Shown one piece after another: positions 27,201-41,873 of a stretch of DNA of 64,000 nucleotides. Where the stretch lies: the NCBI RefSeq assembly GCF_009914755.1, contig NC_060929.1; one strand, written 5' to 3'. The translations under genes were made by a program, and so were the position numbers. The stretch's first letter is position 1. Each line of letters opens with the position of its first letter. A model generated the notes under the pieces. It did no database searches. It was not told the origin of the DNA and saw only the letters and a list, made by a program, of their open reading frames with translations. Source of the DNA: the human T2T-CHM13v2.0 reference genome, Homo sapiens.

Positions 27201-29802
27201 AAGAAAATTTTGCGTGAGTTTCTTTGTCTGAAATAATTTTATTATGTACAACACAAACTACTTTTGCTAGATTCTTCCTGGTAAACTTATAAAACACTTA
27301 GTGTTTCCTTTTTTGAAGTTGCCTAGTTTCATGCTAATACTTATTCTGAGCTCAAGAACATCATAGTGGCCATTATATTAACTACAAAGCCATTAGATTA
27401 TACTTAAGGTATTTATAGATGAAAGAAGATCAGACCCAAAGATGATCTATAACTCTGCCTGAGTAATGTTATGCAAATTGTTCTCTTTTCAAAGTCACCG
27501 AATGCCCAAGAATATTTAACATTCTATGCTAGTCTACTCTCCTGAGGTGACTCATTTGTTCTCCCTAGTTTAATTGTTGCTATATGAGCAAGAGGGATAC
27601 CACTTTACAAGGTTAGGAATTCCCTCTAACAGCCCAATGTGCTTTGAGAACTCCCCTGCCTGAGTAACAGACCCAGAGCTATTTATCATCTGGAAATATT
27701 TCACCTTATATTGAAGAGAGCAGAAATCCATCTCAAAAAGGCCCCCAAGCATCCCCAGTGTATGCCAAAGAAGCTCACAGAAGAAAAAAGAATATTTGCA
27801 ATGCTCAAGAGCAAAAAAGCTTATGTGCTAGGATATATTATACATCCTGTTATAGAAAAAAAAATATGCTATTCCCCCAATGCTGTCTTTTATCTTTCTT
27901 ACTTTGCTCGAATATTGCCTTCATGGCTACATATAAAAGCCATCCTATTTTCTCAGATTGTCATATTTTACAACTTTAGCTCACTCCAATTATAATCTCT
28001 CATTTCAAAGTGTCACAATATGTGAATAAGAACTTCTATAAAAGTTGGAGAGGTCACTGGCTTGGACCCAGGATTTGGGAAGAAAAATATGAGAGAAGGT
28101 TAAAATAACTTCTTTCTTACTTTTCCAACATTGTAAAACATATTTCACAAGCTCGGTTTTAGGGAAAAAATTTCCAGACAATAAACCATTCATATCAAAT
28201 TTTCAGTAATGGAATCTCTATTTTGAATAACAGTAAATTTGATGTATCATTTCAAACAATGTAGTTATTTTTCAGAATACTACATAAATGTATGTGATTT
28301 AGTCTAGATTTAAAAATAAATGCCAATAATAATCAGTTATTAATAACAATACATTACTATAGTTAGATATCATTTCTTAATTTATTGTTAGCATTTCTTC
28401 ATTATTTCCATTATTAGCTCTTATCGAATATTATATACTATGTTAAATGCCTTATAGGTTTTATTTAATTTTGACTAACCACTGATATGCTATCATGAAA
28501 AATCTAGTAATAAAATCTTTTTAACTGAATTCAAATAGTCCCAAGTGCAAAATAAAATTTTAAAAACTATATGTCCTACACTAATTTATTTGCATATGCA
28601 CTTAATAATCCCAATAAAGCAGCTTAACCCAAATCTGAACTCGAATGTAAAACTCCATCTAACCTAATTTCTTTCTGTTAGTCTTTATTATCATAGTCAC
28701 TTCTATTTATGTTTTATTTTCTCCTTTATTTTTTAATTTTTTTTATTTTAAATACCCTTTTATTTAATGGTATAAAATGTCTGGCTACATAAAATCAAAT
28801 CAATTACGATAAGATAAATATAAGTACGATTTCAAAAAAAGCTAAATCTAGCTAAAAATTCTACATTTTTAACACATGCGAAGTATACATGATTTATTAG
28901 TAAAATGTAATACATTGGGAGTAAAACTTTAAAAAATATTTGATATATTCACATTTCTTAATTGCAGTATAGACAAAATGACCTACGAATCAAGCATTTT
29001 GTTCCACGGTCTCTACTGTTAGCTGTATGTCTCAGAAACAGCTTCTTTCTCAAGAGAGAACAAGAGGGATAATGCTGGATCTAAAGGCATCATCTGAAGA
29101 AGACAAAGATATCAACAATCGCAACTATTTGGCTTTCTGTCCATCACTGAGACTTTTCATAATCTTCCCTTCATAAATAGGATCTCTTGATCAGAACAGA
29201 AAAGTTGAGTCTTAAATTTCCTGTATTTATTTCTGACTGATACTGAGGGAAGTGCAAATTTGGTTGCTATGATTAAACTCCTTGATTGTTCTTAATGGGA
29301 CTCTTTTAATAAGTCAAACATTTTTGCCATCTAAGTATATTGATGAGCGCCACTTTATCTCAAATGTTTACACATACTAGGGAAAAGCATCTGCAGTTTC
29401 TGAACTCTTTGTGAATCAGTATCACTTTTTCATGTTACTTCAGAGATCAATATTCAGTGCATTGGTTTTATTTACCATCTTTTCTCCCAGTTGATCTTGT
29501 AATCATCAGAAAGGGAAAAAAAATCTCCTTCACAAAGCCCTTTGCGACAAACTTATGTAAATAATAATCTAAGGACAGCTAGAAAAAAAATACACCATAC
29601 AGGGGAATAGATCCAAAATTGATATCTGCCTCACCTGTATCACCTATTGTATTAGTAACTGGAAAGGTAAATAAATAACAGAGACTAGAATGTTTCCAAA
29701 CGTAGTAGTGAAAACTACTCCCCTCCTCCCCCCATATAACACTACAACAGGTTACTTTGGTTACAGGATATGACAATAGCTCTGCAATATCAGAAAAATG
29801 CC

Positions 29803-30115
<313 letters not shown>

Positions 30116-31186
30116 TTAGAAATAAGGAAAAGTTGCTTGATTTCCTAATTTTCAGGGTATAAGAAGAAATCTAGGCTATCCATGGGCATTCCCAGAAACA
30201 TCAAGGTTTGCTAAAAACAGAAAATCGGAAGTAGAACAAAAAAAGCGGTGGGAAAAGCATTTAAGACATTGAGGCAAGCCGTGAGGAGTTTGTCAGTCTA
30301 AAGGTTGAGTAGAGGACCCTTAAGAAGAGGGAGACAAACATTAAATTTTCAACTTTCTGTAGTTTGATATAATACTTTCCAAGTTCTAGGGTTTCATTAA
30401 AACTTCACAAGCTTTTGGATTTTTTAACAAATATTAGGGCTGTGCTTCATGCTTGGGTTAATATGGGGTGAATAGAAGGAACAGCTGGGGAAGAAGAGAT
30501 AAGAGACAGGTTCTCTAGTAGAAATTAGGAGAAACGTAAGAATCCTATACATCTGCGTATATTTGAGGAGTCTTTAGAGTTCACTGAAGTTCATGGATCG
30601 GACGTTATAGCCATTTTAATGTATTTTCATTGTGACAGGATTGACTTTAGAAGGCTTAAGAATTTTGACGAAGAAAAAAGGGGAAAAAGAAGGCATAATA
30701 GAGAGAAAGGAAGGAAAGAAGAAAAGACAAAAGTGTAGCCACAAAGTTGTCAACAATAAGAATTGTATAAGAATACATATTCTTCAAGAAATGAAAATAA
30801 TTAGAACACACATTATGCCTAAATACGTTTTAAGAAATCAAATAAACATGTAGTTTCTAATGGAAGTTCTTCCATGTATTAGTAAATTCTTCCCACAAAG
30901 CAGTTTATCTATTTATTGTGAAAGCGATTGAGTTTTGCAGTACCAAGGGATCTTTTGCTTTTAAACCAGTTAATTAGTTTTTATTAGATGCAATGCAATG
31001 TTTTGACCAGACTTTTCTCTGTGCTTTTGGGTGGGTTTCCCTATTAGCAGGTAAAACATTTATCTCTTGACTAAAAGTAGATGACATCTTTCCCCAACCA
31101 TGAGTCCTCAGGTTGTTACAGAGGCTGCCTTCCTGTCTCACTCTGTACCCCCCATTGCCTCTCCGAGTTTAAAAAGGAAATGATTA

Positions 31187-31302
31187 ATTAGTCAAAAGAA
31201 TATGTCAAAAATGTAACATATTATGTTTAACATAAGTAACTAATGATTAGTCAAAAAGAATATGCTAAAACTTTAACACATTATGTTTAACATAAGTAAC
31301 TA
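31187..31302. repeat. Tandem duplication, two copies of a ~59-bp unit
   Basis: attagtcaaaa(a)gaatatg..attatgtttaacataagtaacta starts at 31187 and 31246. Confidence 0.92.
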
Positions 31303-32229
31303 TATTAAAATTTAGAATATATTTATGATTTCCAAATCAATGGTTTGTTTTTGCAAAACCTGCACCAGAATGAAATGACCCTACAAAGTGGAGATAATAT
31401 AAAATCCTTTTTTTCCACTGAAATTTGTTTTAGATAATACTAATTCTATCAGTGGCTTTCTTTTACCCTTAAATGGATGTTAAATTAGTTGAGAGATGTG
31501 TTCAATTCACAATATTTGAGAATGGAGCAATATGATACACTTATATCAAATCCCTTTGTGTAATCTTATTCTTTCTCTGGCTGTTGTACACTTTTCCACC
31601 ACCTCATATTTAATTTGTATCCTTCTTTCTGTCATTTGCTGTGGATTTTTATCAGAGTTGGTCTAACTTTAGAGGTCGAAGTTTTCTTTTCACAGGGATA
31701 TGAAATTAGACACAATCATACCATATTTAGTGATTTCTGTGTTTTCACCAGATCAAACACAGATCACATGGTCCATGCTCAGCAATGGTTTAATGAACTA
31801 ATGAATTTATAAAGGAACGAATGCATGCACATATAGCAAGCCCATCTTTAAATTTTGTTGTTGTTGTCGTTTGAATTTTTGTTTGGCATATAGGGTGTAT
31901 ACAACATAAAAAGAGTTAAAATCCATGATCCTGAACATCAGATATTTGTGGGTTAGAATCCGAAACTGATCACTTATTACATTTGTGTTATTGTGTAAAT
32001 TACTGAATTTCTTCATACCTCAGAGTCTTCATATGTAAAATGTAGACTATAATATTTATATCATAAATTTGGAGAATACTGTAGAGAATTTGGCTTCACA
32101 GTTTGTTTTCCTTCATTTCTCTCCCTTCATATCCAAATAAGCCCAGTATAGCAATATTCCTTTCTATTTATATTAACTTATATAAATGTGCATGAGAAAA
32201 CTGATTGGATTCAATAAGATGGTAGAAAA

Positions 32230-32440
32230 AGCTATCAAGCTTCTATATTTTGCCAGGCAACTTTCTAATGGCTTTATGTGTCTAAACCCACTTTAATACT
32301 CAGAAAAACACTATGATTACAATCCTTCTATTAGCATTCTCATGTTGTAGATACAGAAATTGAGGGACAGGCAGGCTAACTTGGCTCAAGACACACAAGT
32401 AAAAATATTCAGAGCAGAGATTAAACCAGGTTGTCTAACC
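32230..32440 (-). mobile_element. MIR fragment
   Basis: cattctcatgttgtagatacagaaattgagggacag..aacttggctcaagacacaca resembles the MIR core. Confidence 0.65.
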
Positions 32441-33050
32441 CCACGTGTCTTTGGGACTAGCATTTAAACTGAATCATCTCACTTTTAATTTGATAATACA
32501 ATGCCATTAACAGGAAAAAAAACTTTTGAAATATCTTGAGAGAAAAAAACCAAAAAAGCTGAATCTATGTTCAGAGAATTGAATTAGCAATAGATATAAA
32601 CTACCCAAGTTTTCGTTTTGTGACATCAATTTGAGCAAAGCCAGATTTGTATTACCCTGAATGCATTAATAACAATAGTATCATTGAAAAATACTTTCGA
32701 CTGCCCATTAGTAATTGTACTAGGTACTAGAAAACACAATTTAGTAATCGCTCCCAGGGAGTCAGTTTTTTGAATAAAATATTTTTCTATGGTTGTGCAC
32801 ATTGTGCCATAATTTGCTTTGAAAGACATAAAATCCATCATATTAAAAAGGTAATAGAGTAACTCCATTTAATAACAGAAATGGTCATTAAAATATCTAC
32901 ATTCTTTCTCACAATGAACTAATAACTACACAGATTTGTGCATGTGTATGAAGACGTTTATATGTGTTTTATGTGAGAGAAAAAAATGAAAAAATGGTAT
33001 TTTCTTGTGCTCAGACAAGCACAATTTTTGCAAAATAAATACAAGGCCAA

Positions 33051-33184
33051 ATATATATATTTATTTATATATATATATACTTGTTATATATGTATATATA
33101 GGTTATATATATATTTGTTATATATATAACAAATATATATATAATTTGTTAAATATATAACATTTATATATATGTATATATATC
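33051..33184. repeat. AT-rich low-complexity tract with a perfect 42-bp palindrome
   Basis: ttatatatatatttgttatatatataacaaatatatatataa (33103-33144) equals its own reverse complement. Confidence 0.9.
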
Positions 33185-34420
33185 TCAATGCTCTTAACAA
33201 TGCTCATAAGAACACAATCTGAAATTACAGTGTCTGCTTATTTTCAAGGGTGGTTTGAAGGTGACCTATTTTTTGTAGCATCCATCACTGTGGGGATTGC
33301 TTAGTGTGTTAAAGCATGAAGCCGCCTTACCGAAGTCTTCTATTTCCTTTCCTCATTCTATAGTAACTACTTCAAATGGATTTGAATGTGTAATATCACA
33401 AATGCAGAAAAAATAAATACAAGAACTTAGCTTGTTTTCTTTGCATTATGAGTCAAGTTTTTTTGTCAAATTTACTGCTAAGAATTAATATTTCATGGTC
33501 TTATATCTTGTAATAGTATCATAAATATTATCTTACTTGCATAATAATTTATACATAATATTTATTTTCTGCCCCATAGTGTGAAAATGAGTAATCTTAA
33601 TCCCAAAGATAAATATTAACTATCCTGTGTAAGAAATGCAGTAAGTTACATCTTGTTTCTAAATACAGGTTAGTGAGAGATCATTTTTTTAAAGCTCTCA
33701 TTATAAACATATTAAGAAAGGAATCATTCTCAGAGTTTACTTATTTCCCAATAGGTTAATAGGATTCCCAAGAAACTGCCAAAGAGATAATAGTTCCATT
33801 TTGACTTTAACTTAAAAGAAAAAAATAAAATAAGAAGGCAAAAATGCAAAAACGAAAAAAATAGATGTCACAGATGCTATAACTTGAACTTTGACTGTTT
33901 TAGCAAGTATATACTATTGAATGCCTGACTGAAATAAATTGATTTCAGGCTGTTGCATTTTTAAAGGTCAGAAAGTTTTTTTTTTTTTTTTTTTTTAAAT
34001 GAGTTTCAGGATTATGAAAGCAGGTGCTTAAGTAGAGATTGATTGAAGCCTTAAATGTTGAATATTTCTTTTAAAGTTTGGTTGCTTTTCAGAAGCTACT
34101 AATTTATTATTATTATTATTAAGGTTCTCCTAATGATTCTTGGAGTCCATGGAATTATGTGTGTGCATACGTGTTCGTAGAACATTTTCTTAAAACTGAC
34201 ACATGAATGTTATTGACCATAGAGGTGCATTATTTCCGAGATTAAAAAAAAAAAATTAGTTTTCTTACTGATCATCCACTGGTTTTTACAATTTTTCCTT
34301 CTCCATGTATCGTTGGTTTCTTATTAAGGTAAGTTACAGACAGAACTTATAGATGGAATTTCCAAGACTAACCAGGGTCCAAACATACTTCAGTGTATTA
34401 TTTTACATCATAAAACTTGA

Positions 34421-34789
34421 TGTATTAGTCCATTTTCACTCTGCTGTAAAGAATTACCTGAGACTGGGTAATTTATAAAGAAAAGAAGTTTAATTGATTC
34501 ACAATTCTGCACAGCTGGGGAGGCCTCAGAAAACTTACAACCTTGGCAGAAGGCGAGGCACATCTTACATGGCGGCAGGAGAGAGAGAGAGAGATAGCCA
34601 GGGGTGAAGTGCCACAATTTAATACCATCAGATCTTATGAGAACTCACTCACTATCAGAACGATGAGGGGGACATCTGCCCTCATGATCTAATCACCTCC
34701 CACTAGGCCCCTCCTCCAACATGTGGATATTACAATTCGAGATGAGATTGGCGGGGGGTGGAGGGTGGACATAGAGCCAAACCATATCA
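34421..34789 (-). mobile_element. MST-type MaLR solo LTR
   Basis: tgtattagtccattttcac..gagaactcactcactatca..ccaaaccatatca. Flanks cttga/cttta form a degenerate 5-bp TSD. Confidence 0.88.
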
Positions 34790-34865
34790 CTTTAGCTTAT
34801 CAATACTGAACTAAATCAAAATCAAACCTGAATTTTCAATTATGACTGAAATGTAACCTACAGAG

Positions 34866-35470
34866 TAGTAGGAAGTATTCTACAACAGACTCCTAGATTT
34901 CTCTCCCCTGAGTGTCCATATCCTGCATAATCTCCAGGACTGTCAGGACAATGGATTTTATTACTATGCTTATGCTATGTCATATGACACAGTTAATCTT
35001 CAAATAAGATTATTTGGGTGGGCCTAACCCTATCACATGAGACCTGTAAAGCAGAAAGTTTTTTCCAAGTGTAAGAAAAGGAAGTCCAAAACACATGCTC
35101 CAGCCAGCTTGGAAGAAAGCAAATACATGTGTTAAAGCTGTGGATGCAGAGAAGCCACCTGCAGGAGTTGAACTACCTACACCCCAGCTCACAGCTGGCA
35201 GTAACAAAGGAAACCTCAACCTTAAGAGAGCAAGGAAGTGTCTTCTATCAACAATATGAATTATCTTCAAAGCTGCTTCTTCCCTAAGAGCCTCAAGAGA
35301 TGAACACAGCCCTGCTGACACCTTGGTTTCAATCTTGTGAGACCCTGAGCAAAGAACTCATTCACACTGGGCTGAATTTTTGCCTGCAGAACTGTGAGTT
35401 AATAAATAAGGGTTATTTTCAGCTGCTAAGTTTATGGAAATTTGAAATGCAGCAATAGAATACTAGTACA
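34866..35470 (+). mobile_element. MLT1D-like solo LTR
   Basis: gggtgggcctaaccctatcacatga, cagccctgctgacaccttggtttc, and terminus gcagcaatagaatactagtaca. Confidence 0.8.
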
Positions 35471-36313
35471 GATAAATACTGAAATCTAATATTTGCATTA
35501 CTTCACTTAAAAAGAAATCATGCCTTAAGAGTAAAGAGAATTTTTATTTCTCGGTTATGTGCTATAGTTCTCTGATACATTTTAATTTGTTTGCTTATTT
35601 ATTTTTCCCTGCCAGTATCCTCTCTCCACTATTTCTGGTTGACACTTCTGCCCCTTCGTTTTATCAGTGTTTTGATACCTATCCTCTCTGTGAATACAGT
35701 GATATTGGTAATTACTGTATTTTGTCCCTTACCCACAGGCTGAGCAAGAGTCTTAGGTCTGGCCAATAATCATGGGCAGCTTTTTAGAAAAAAGAGTAGT
35801 TGCTTCATTACTCAGATGGTCCCCACCTCATCTTGTGCACTGGACAATGTAATAGAGTTCCCTCTAAAAATGGAGAAAATAGAGACTACACACAAAGGGA
35901 GACAGAGGTAAGAAAATTAAGAAAAGGAGAAAGAAAGGAGTTCTGACCACATGATGTCAATTCCAACAAGTATTCTTGACTTTTCCACATATAATGTACT
36001 CATCAATCTCTTACTCTGAATTTGTTTTTGTTACTCTAAAGAACAACAACAACAAAAAAGAAAAACAATATTCGGCCTAAGTGACCCCCAAAACACAATT
36101 TCCTACTTTCTTTTCCATGCAACTGGCATTTATTGAATACTCATTGTATTCAAGTTTCACAGATTTGGAACAAGTTCATCATTACGTCCCCAAAGGTAAC
36201 CTGGGAAGAGAAACCTTGTTCCACATCAAAGTCAGTACAGCAGGTTTTGCTACTGCTTCATCATTTATACAGTTGGAAACAACTCTGTTTCTTCTACTAG
36301 GTCAAAGTGAAAT

Positions 36314-36855
36314 TGAGAGGCGAAGCCGGCTGGGCTTCTGGTCTGGTGAGACTTGGAGAACTTCTCTGTCCAGCTAAACGATTGTAAACATACCAATTAG
36401 CACTCTGTGTCTAGCTGAAGATTTGTAAACACACCAATCAGTACTCTGTAAAAGCGGACCAATCAGCACTCTGTAAAATGGACCAATCAGCAGGATGTGG
36501 GCAGGGCCAAATAAGGGAATAAAAGCTGGCCACCTGAGCCAGCAACGGCAACCGAGTGGGGTCCCCTTCTACACTGTGGAAGCTTTGTTCTTTTGCTCTT
36601 GCTGCTGCTCACTCTTTGGGTCTGCACTACCTTTATGAGCTGTAACACTCACGGTGAGGGTCTGCCACTTCACACCTGAAGTCAGTGAGACCAGGAACCC
36701 ACCAGAAGGAAGACACTCCAGACACATCTGAACATGGGAAGGAACAAACTCTGGACACACCATGTTTAAGAACTGGAACACTCACCGCCATCACGGCTTA
36801 GTGCTTGAAGTCAGCGAGACCAAGAACCTACCGGAAGGAACCAATTCCAGACACA
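36314..36855 (+). mobile_element. LTR12 (ERV9) solo LTR, LTR12F-like, full length
   Basis: TG..CA termini (tgagaggcgaagccggctgggc ... ccagacaca), 4-bp TSD aaat on both sides, tandem ccaat(c/t)ag motifs, and an aataaaa TATA-like box. Confidence 0.92.
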
Positions 36856-38049
36856 AAATGTCAGCCAATCCAAACTTATGAAGGAGGGAATTCTGGGCTG
36901 TTGATCTAGTGTGTAGTGAGCTCAATATAGAGGACAGAGCTTTCATCATGTAAATTGATATGCAAAGGCAAATGAAACGTGGTGTGTACTTCCTACTGAT
37001 GCGTCAGGGTATAGGCCTCTTTTTCTGCCATTCAAATAATGGAAGTTAATTAAATTTTAAACAAATGTATAGATTCATTAGTTTTACTGTGCTCCATGCC
37101 AGTATTCTCCAACTCAGCCATCCTAAGCATTTTTTAAAACAGGGGATTTTTGAAAATGAAAGCTTAGCAGCCACCTCATTATGCTAAATGTCTGTGGAAA
37201 AATGCGGGGCCAGGGTTCAGTTTCTCCCCACTCCCCTTTCCCAATTCATAATCATAGGCACACACAGGAGGTATCACTGTAATTCACAGAACACATTTAA
37301 ATCTTCTGCTTGAAACTTTGTGGTACCATTATTTGGCTACTCCAAGCTAACCTCTCTCCTATCCTTTTCTGAGGGAAACACTTTGTGCTCAACATAATTT
37401 TTGTTTCATTCCAAGTTTTGATGCTGATTGCATAAAAAACAGCCCACAAGTACTGCTGTATTTTTAGTTTAAAACAGGCTTTATTTACTGCCTTATAAAA
37501 TGTTGAGTACTTTTGCTTCCGTGATCATGCTATGCTTACAGATATAAAAATTGCCGCCCATTTTATGTCTTGAATCCTTCCCTGAGTAGTCGGCATAACA
37601 TTTGTTGGTTCTGAGTACACGTTGGTGCTAATGAAGCTTGAAATTTATTGACCTTCTCGTAAGAAGGAGAATAATAAGATATTTGAGCAGTCGGCTCAGG
37701 TACTTATAAGTTCACACACACGTGTTTTTTTTTTTTTTTTTTTTCTTCCAATGCCTGCTTGAAGTGTAGACCATGTCTTTCTCGTACTAGAACTATTTCT
37801 ACTACGATTCTTGAGCTGGCCATTCTAGAGCTTTGCACATTCCTTGTCTGAAGGGATCGGCCCTGGCCATGCCAGCTGCCTCCCAGCCATAGGTAGCTCC
37901 TAAACCAAATTATACTTGTGATCAGGTATTGCAAAAATAATGTTAGTGTAATATAAATTGGTAAGAAGAAAGTATAGATTTTAAAAGAAAACCAAATGGT
38001 CTTCATGCATGGCTTCTGTCGGCATAAAATCAGGCCGCTGGAACTAGGA

Positions 38050-38212
38050 AGTTCCTTAGAGAACATTGTTTCAATTACTTCAGTTCACAAATGAGGAAAT
38101 TGAGAATCAGGAAGGCTAAGTGATTTCCCCAATATCATAGAGCTAGTTAATTACAGAAATCAGAATAGAAACTGGGTTATCCAATCCTCTGCCCAGGGTT
38201 CTTTCCATTACA
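38050..38212 (-). mobile_element. MIR fragment
   Basis: cacaaatgaggaaattgagaatcaggaaggctaagtgatttcccca..ctttccattacacca. Confidence 0.75.
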
Positions 38213-41200
38213 CCAAATAAAATTACCTGCTGCTATTTGGGCTAGATGGCTCATTATAGGAGCCTTTTAATGTTTCACAAATCAAAATATTATGTTCCTA
38301 TAAAATTTAAAACAGTTAAAAATAAAACAAGTTTTGTTTTCTGATGGTTTCAGATAAAATACATTACATTAAATGGATTTCATATGTAAATGTGTTACCG
38401 CATTTATATGAGGAAAAAGTTCTACCAGAAAGCATTAGGAACTGAGAATTGATGGCTGCCAGGATTAGAAAGGATGACATCAAGTTCAAGCTCCAGTAGC
38501 AACACAGAAAAATATAACATGGAGTAAAATTAGTAGATAGAAGCGTCATTATCTGACTTGGGTATGTTTGAAGAGAAAAATGTAAATCAAAAGAAATGGG
38601 ATTATTTGTTTATTAATAATGACATTAATATTTTCTATTTGAATAATTGCTATAGACCTGTGAATTATTTTATAGATATTATCTTCTTTGACATTATTAA
38701 TAATCGTTTTCTTCTTAGCAATCAAGATGAGGGGGCTAAACCTTGGGATATTAAAGTATTTGTCCAGCATATTGCAGCAAACAGGTTCAGAGTCTGGGAA
38801 CAAAACTCAGGTGTCCTGACTTTGTCTCAATAATACATATTCTCTGGTTTTATTTTAAATTTTACTGTAATCTATTTTGGAAGCTTTTCAACAATGAAAA
38901 AGAATACTGTTCCTCCAATATTTATCCCTGTTTAAAGGGCCCAAAGTTGTGGTCATGAAGAAGCAGTAAATGATGAATATTTTCTGCATTTCACATCTTT
39001 TATCACATGTTATATATTGTGGGGCATAAAATTTTATGAAATTATAGTTACATGCCTGAAATGGATTTTAAATCTCTTCATTTTCTGTGTCAAAAGTGAC
39101 AGCTGTAAACCTGAAAAATTAAAGCTGCGGTGTAATTCATCTTATCCATAAATAGTTTACTATACATTATACAGTTTGAAGTAAACAATAGACCAGACTT
39201 AAAAATGATATTTTTCCATGGAAAACTATGTGATAAATACTAGAGATGCCATGAATATAACTGAAATTATATCACTTAAATATAGACAGAAGATTCTCTA
39301 CTTTCTTCTTTTACCTTCTTTCTCTCATACTCAAAAGATATGAAAATGTCAAATAATATGCATATTTTAAAGTTGTTTGCACTGCAAATAGATAAACGAA
39401 ATCGATCTGCAAATTTCCAAGCTAAGAGATGATTATATCTAAAGTAATTCACCTGATTATTTAGGATTGCCTGCAAAATCTACAATGATTTTATTCCTCA
39501 CAATATTGTTTTCCAATTTGGGGTAGGAGCTAAAAGTTATTGTATGACATCAAGTGATTTGAGGGATGAGAATGTGTTTCCTTAGCGGGAAAACTTGCTG
39601 AAAAGAAGAGAGATTTTTTAAAAAGTTCTTGCTTTGACCTGTCTGGATCAGATGGTTTAAGGCTACAACACGAGGCCAATATCTGTATGTGAAGGAGACA
39701 GAAACATCAATGTTTGGAGTATATATTGACCTTCATTCTTACTTTCTCCTTATTCTCTTATGTAACTGTTAATTTTTCCCTTCCTTGGCTCTATGTATTT
39801 AATTATAATAAGCTTTACCTACAAGCAAAACAAACCAAACATGAACAATGAAAACTACTTTTGGTCATGTAGCAGAAACAGCAGTCAATAAAGGAGAGAA
39901 TGAAACTAGAATCTTTTTTAAACTAAATCTGAGAAGAGTGTAAGCTTTCAAAATTTTAAATATATATATACATTTGCACTTCAGTGATAGTGCAATTCCA
40001 GTCCTTCCACCACAGATCATGTGTGGTTTTATCTATTAGCATAATGTTAGTTTTCTCTTGCATCTTATGTTGAGTTTACGTAGTACAGAGGACACAAATA
40101 GTTCCCTGCTTAAAATGAGAACTAATCCTTTTGTGTTATTAATAATTACAATATCAAAGTTTACATTAAAATTTTTAAAAATGTCTGTACAAAATATCAG
40201 AAAAATCAGCCTACTTCTTTATAATTGGCTGGGTAAAGTTGCATTGATGTTAGATCTTTATAAAATATTTTAAGGGTCAGCATTTTAAGCAGAATAGCAG
40301 TAAATAGTTCCTTACATAAAAGCAAACTTAAACATATGACAGTGTCTTCTCGTGTGTCATTTGAATGAGGGAACCACAGTTGGTCTCCTGAGAAACTGTT
40401 CTACCCTTCATTTCATGATACACAGTACCCTAGGCTCTGTCTTTCTTCGTTCTTTTCCTTCTCAAGGGAAGGTTTCTTCCTTCAAAATGAGGCATAGATA
40501 AAGAAGGATCTTATATTTACTATAACTTATGCATGTTTAATTGTTTTAAAACATCATACAGAGAAAATTAAATACCACAAACGAAAGTATTTAATCTTAA
40601 AGTTTGCCTTAACGGTCTCCATTTCCATTCACAGTGCTTAGAGGTGAAGTGCTTCCACCATTTACAATTTGCAGCAGGACATACTGGCAGGAAATCTTTA
40701 TTAAAGCAATAGTAGCCCTTTCCTTTTTTCTTTATTTATTTTACAAACCAACCCTTAGTTACTATGCTTTAGCTGAGACTTACCAATTTTTCTTCAAGTA
40801 TCAATTAAGGTAGACATATTATTCATCATGAGAGAATTACCATTCAGTATTCTCTGGGTGCTTTTTCTCACATACTTGTATCTTGGTCTTAAAAATGAAG
40901 CACCAACATTTAAAAGGCAAACATGAGACCATCTCTTCTGAGACTGCCATTGTATCTAATATTGTCTGATTCAAAATGTGGGTCTAAAAGCAAATGAAAA
41001 TTGACTTTCTTTTCCAGCTCGGCACACAAACCCATTGAACTGTCCCTTCAGGTTTGATGCGCTATCAGTTAACACTGCACTATCTTCACAAGAAATATGA
41101 TTTGACCTGAGAAGAACTGCAGCAGCCTGAAACATATATTCCCAGATCATGTCTCTCAGAGTACTGTAGCCATTAAATGTCTTCCATAATGTTCGTGATA

Positions 41201-41399
41201 AATCTGAGTATTAGTGAACAATATCTGTTAAAGGCATCTCTTTGGAACTTCAAGTCTAGTGTACAGGTGCGCATCTGCAATGGGATTTTCCAGTCATAAA
41301 TGTCGATAGGTCAATCTATCAAGGTTTTCCTCAAACAAGTATATATACTCAGCACTAGTGAAGTTTTATTTTTTAGAATTTATTTTGTATCTCTAGGTG

Positions 41400-41590
41400 G
41401 ATATAATGTAGAATATCACTTAAAGGCATAGACTTTAAAATCAACTGCCTGGGTTTGGTGCTATGACCTTGGGCAAAATAATTAACTTTGTATGTGTAAA
41501 AGGGAAATAACTGTGGCAGTTGGGAGAATTAAATAAAATAATAAAAAGTTAAGAGTTTAGTACAATGCAAATACTTTGCACTACTAGGCA
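41400..41590 (+). mobile_element. MIR fragment
   Basis: ctgcctgggtttg..tatgaccttgggcaa..tgtaaaagggaaataa..ttgggagaattaaat. Confidence 0.65.
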
Positions 41591-41717
41591 TTACCTAGTA
41601 TTTCCTTCCACCCATTTGTGTCTAGTTTCTTTTTCCCATGGTTGTTTGAGCCGATCTGCTCATTTGCTGTTATTAATGAAGTTCAGTCACAGTGTAGAAA
41701 TGTGACTCCTGCTATTT

Positions 41718-41873
41718 GCTTTTTCTTTTCTTTTTTCTTTTTAAAATTGTTTTGTAGAGATGGAATACTGCTATGTTGCCCAGGCTTGTTTTGAACTCCT
41801 GGCCTTAAGCTAGTCTCTCGCCTTGGCCTCCCAAAGCTCTGGGATTACAGGTGTGAGCCACCACACTCAGCCC
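41718..41873 (-). mobile_element. FLAM / Alu left monomer
   Basis: Single antisense arm, ttgtagagatgg..ctgggattacaggtgtgagccacc. Confidence 0.85.
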
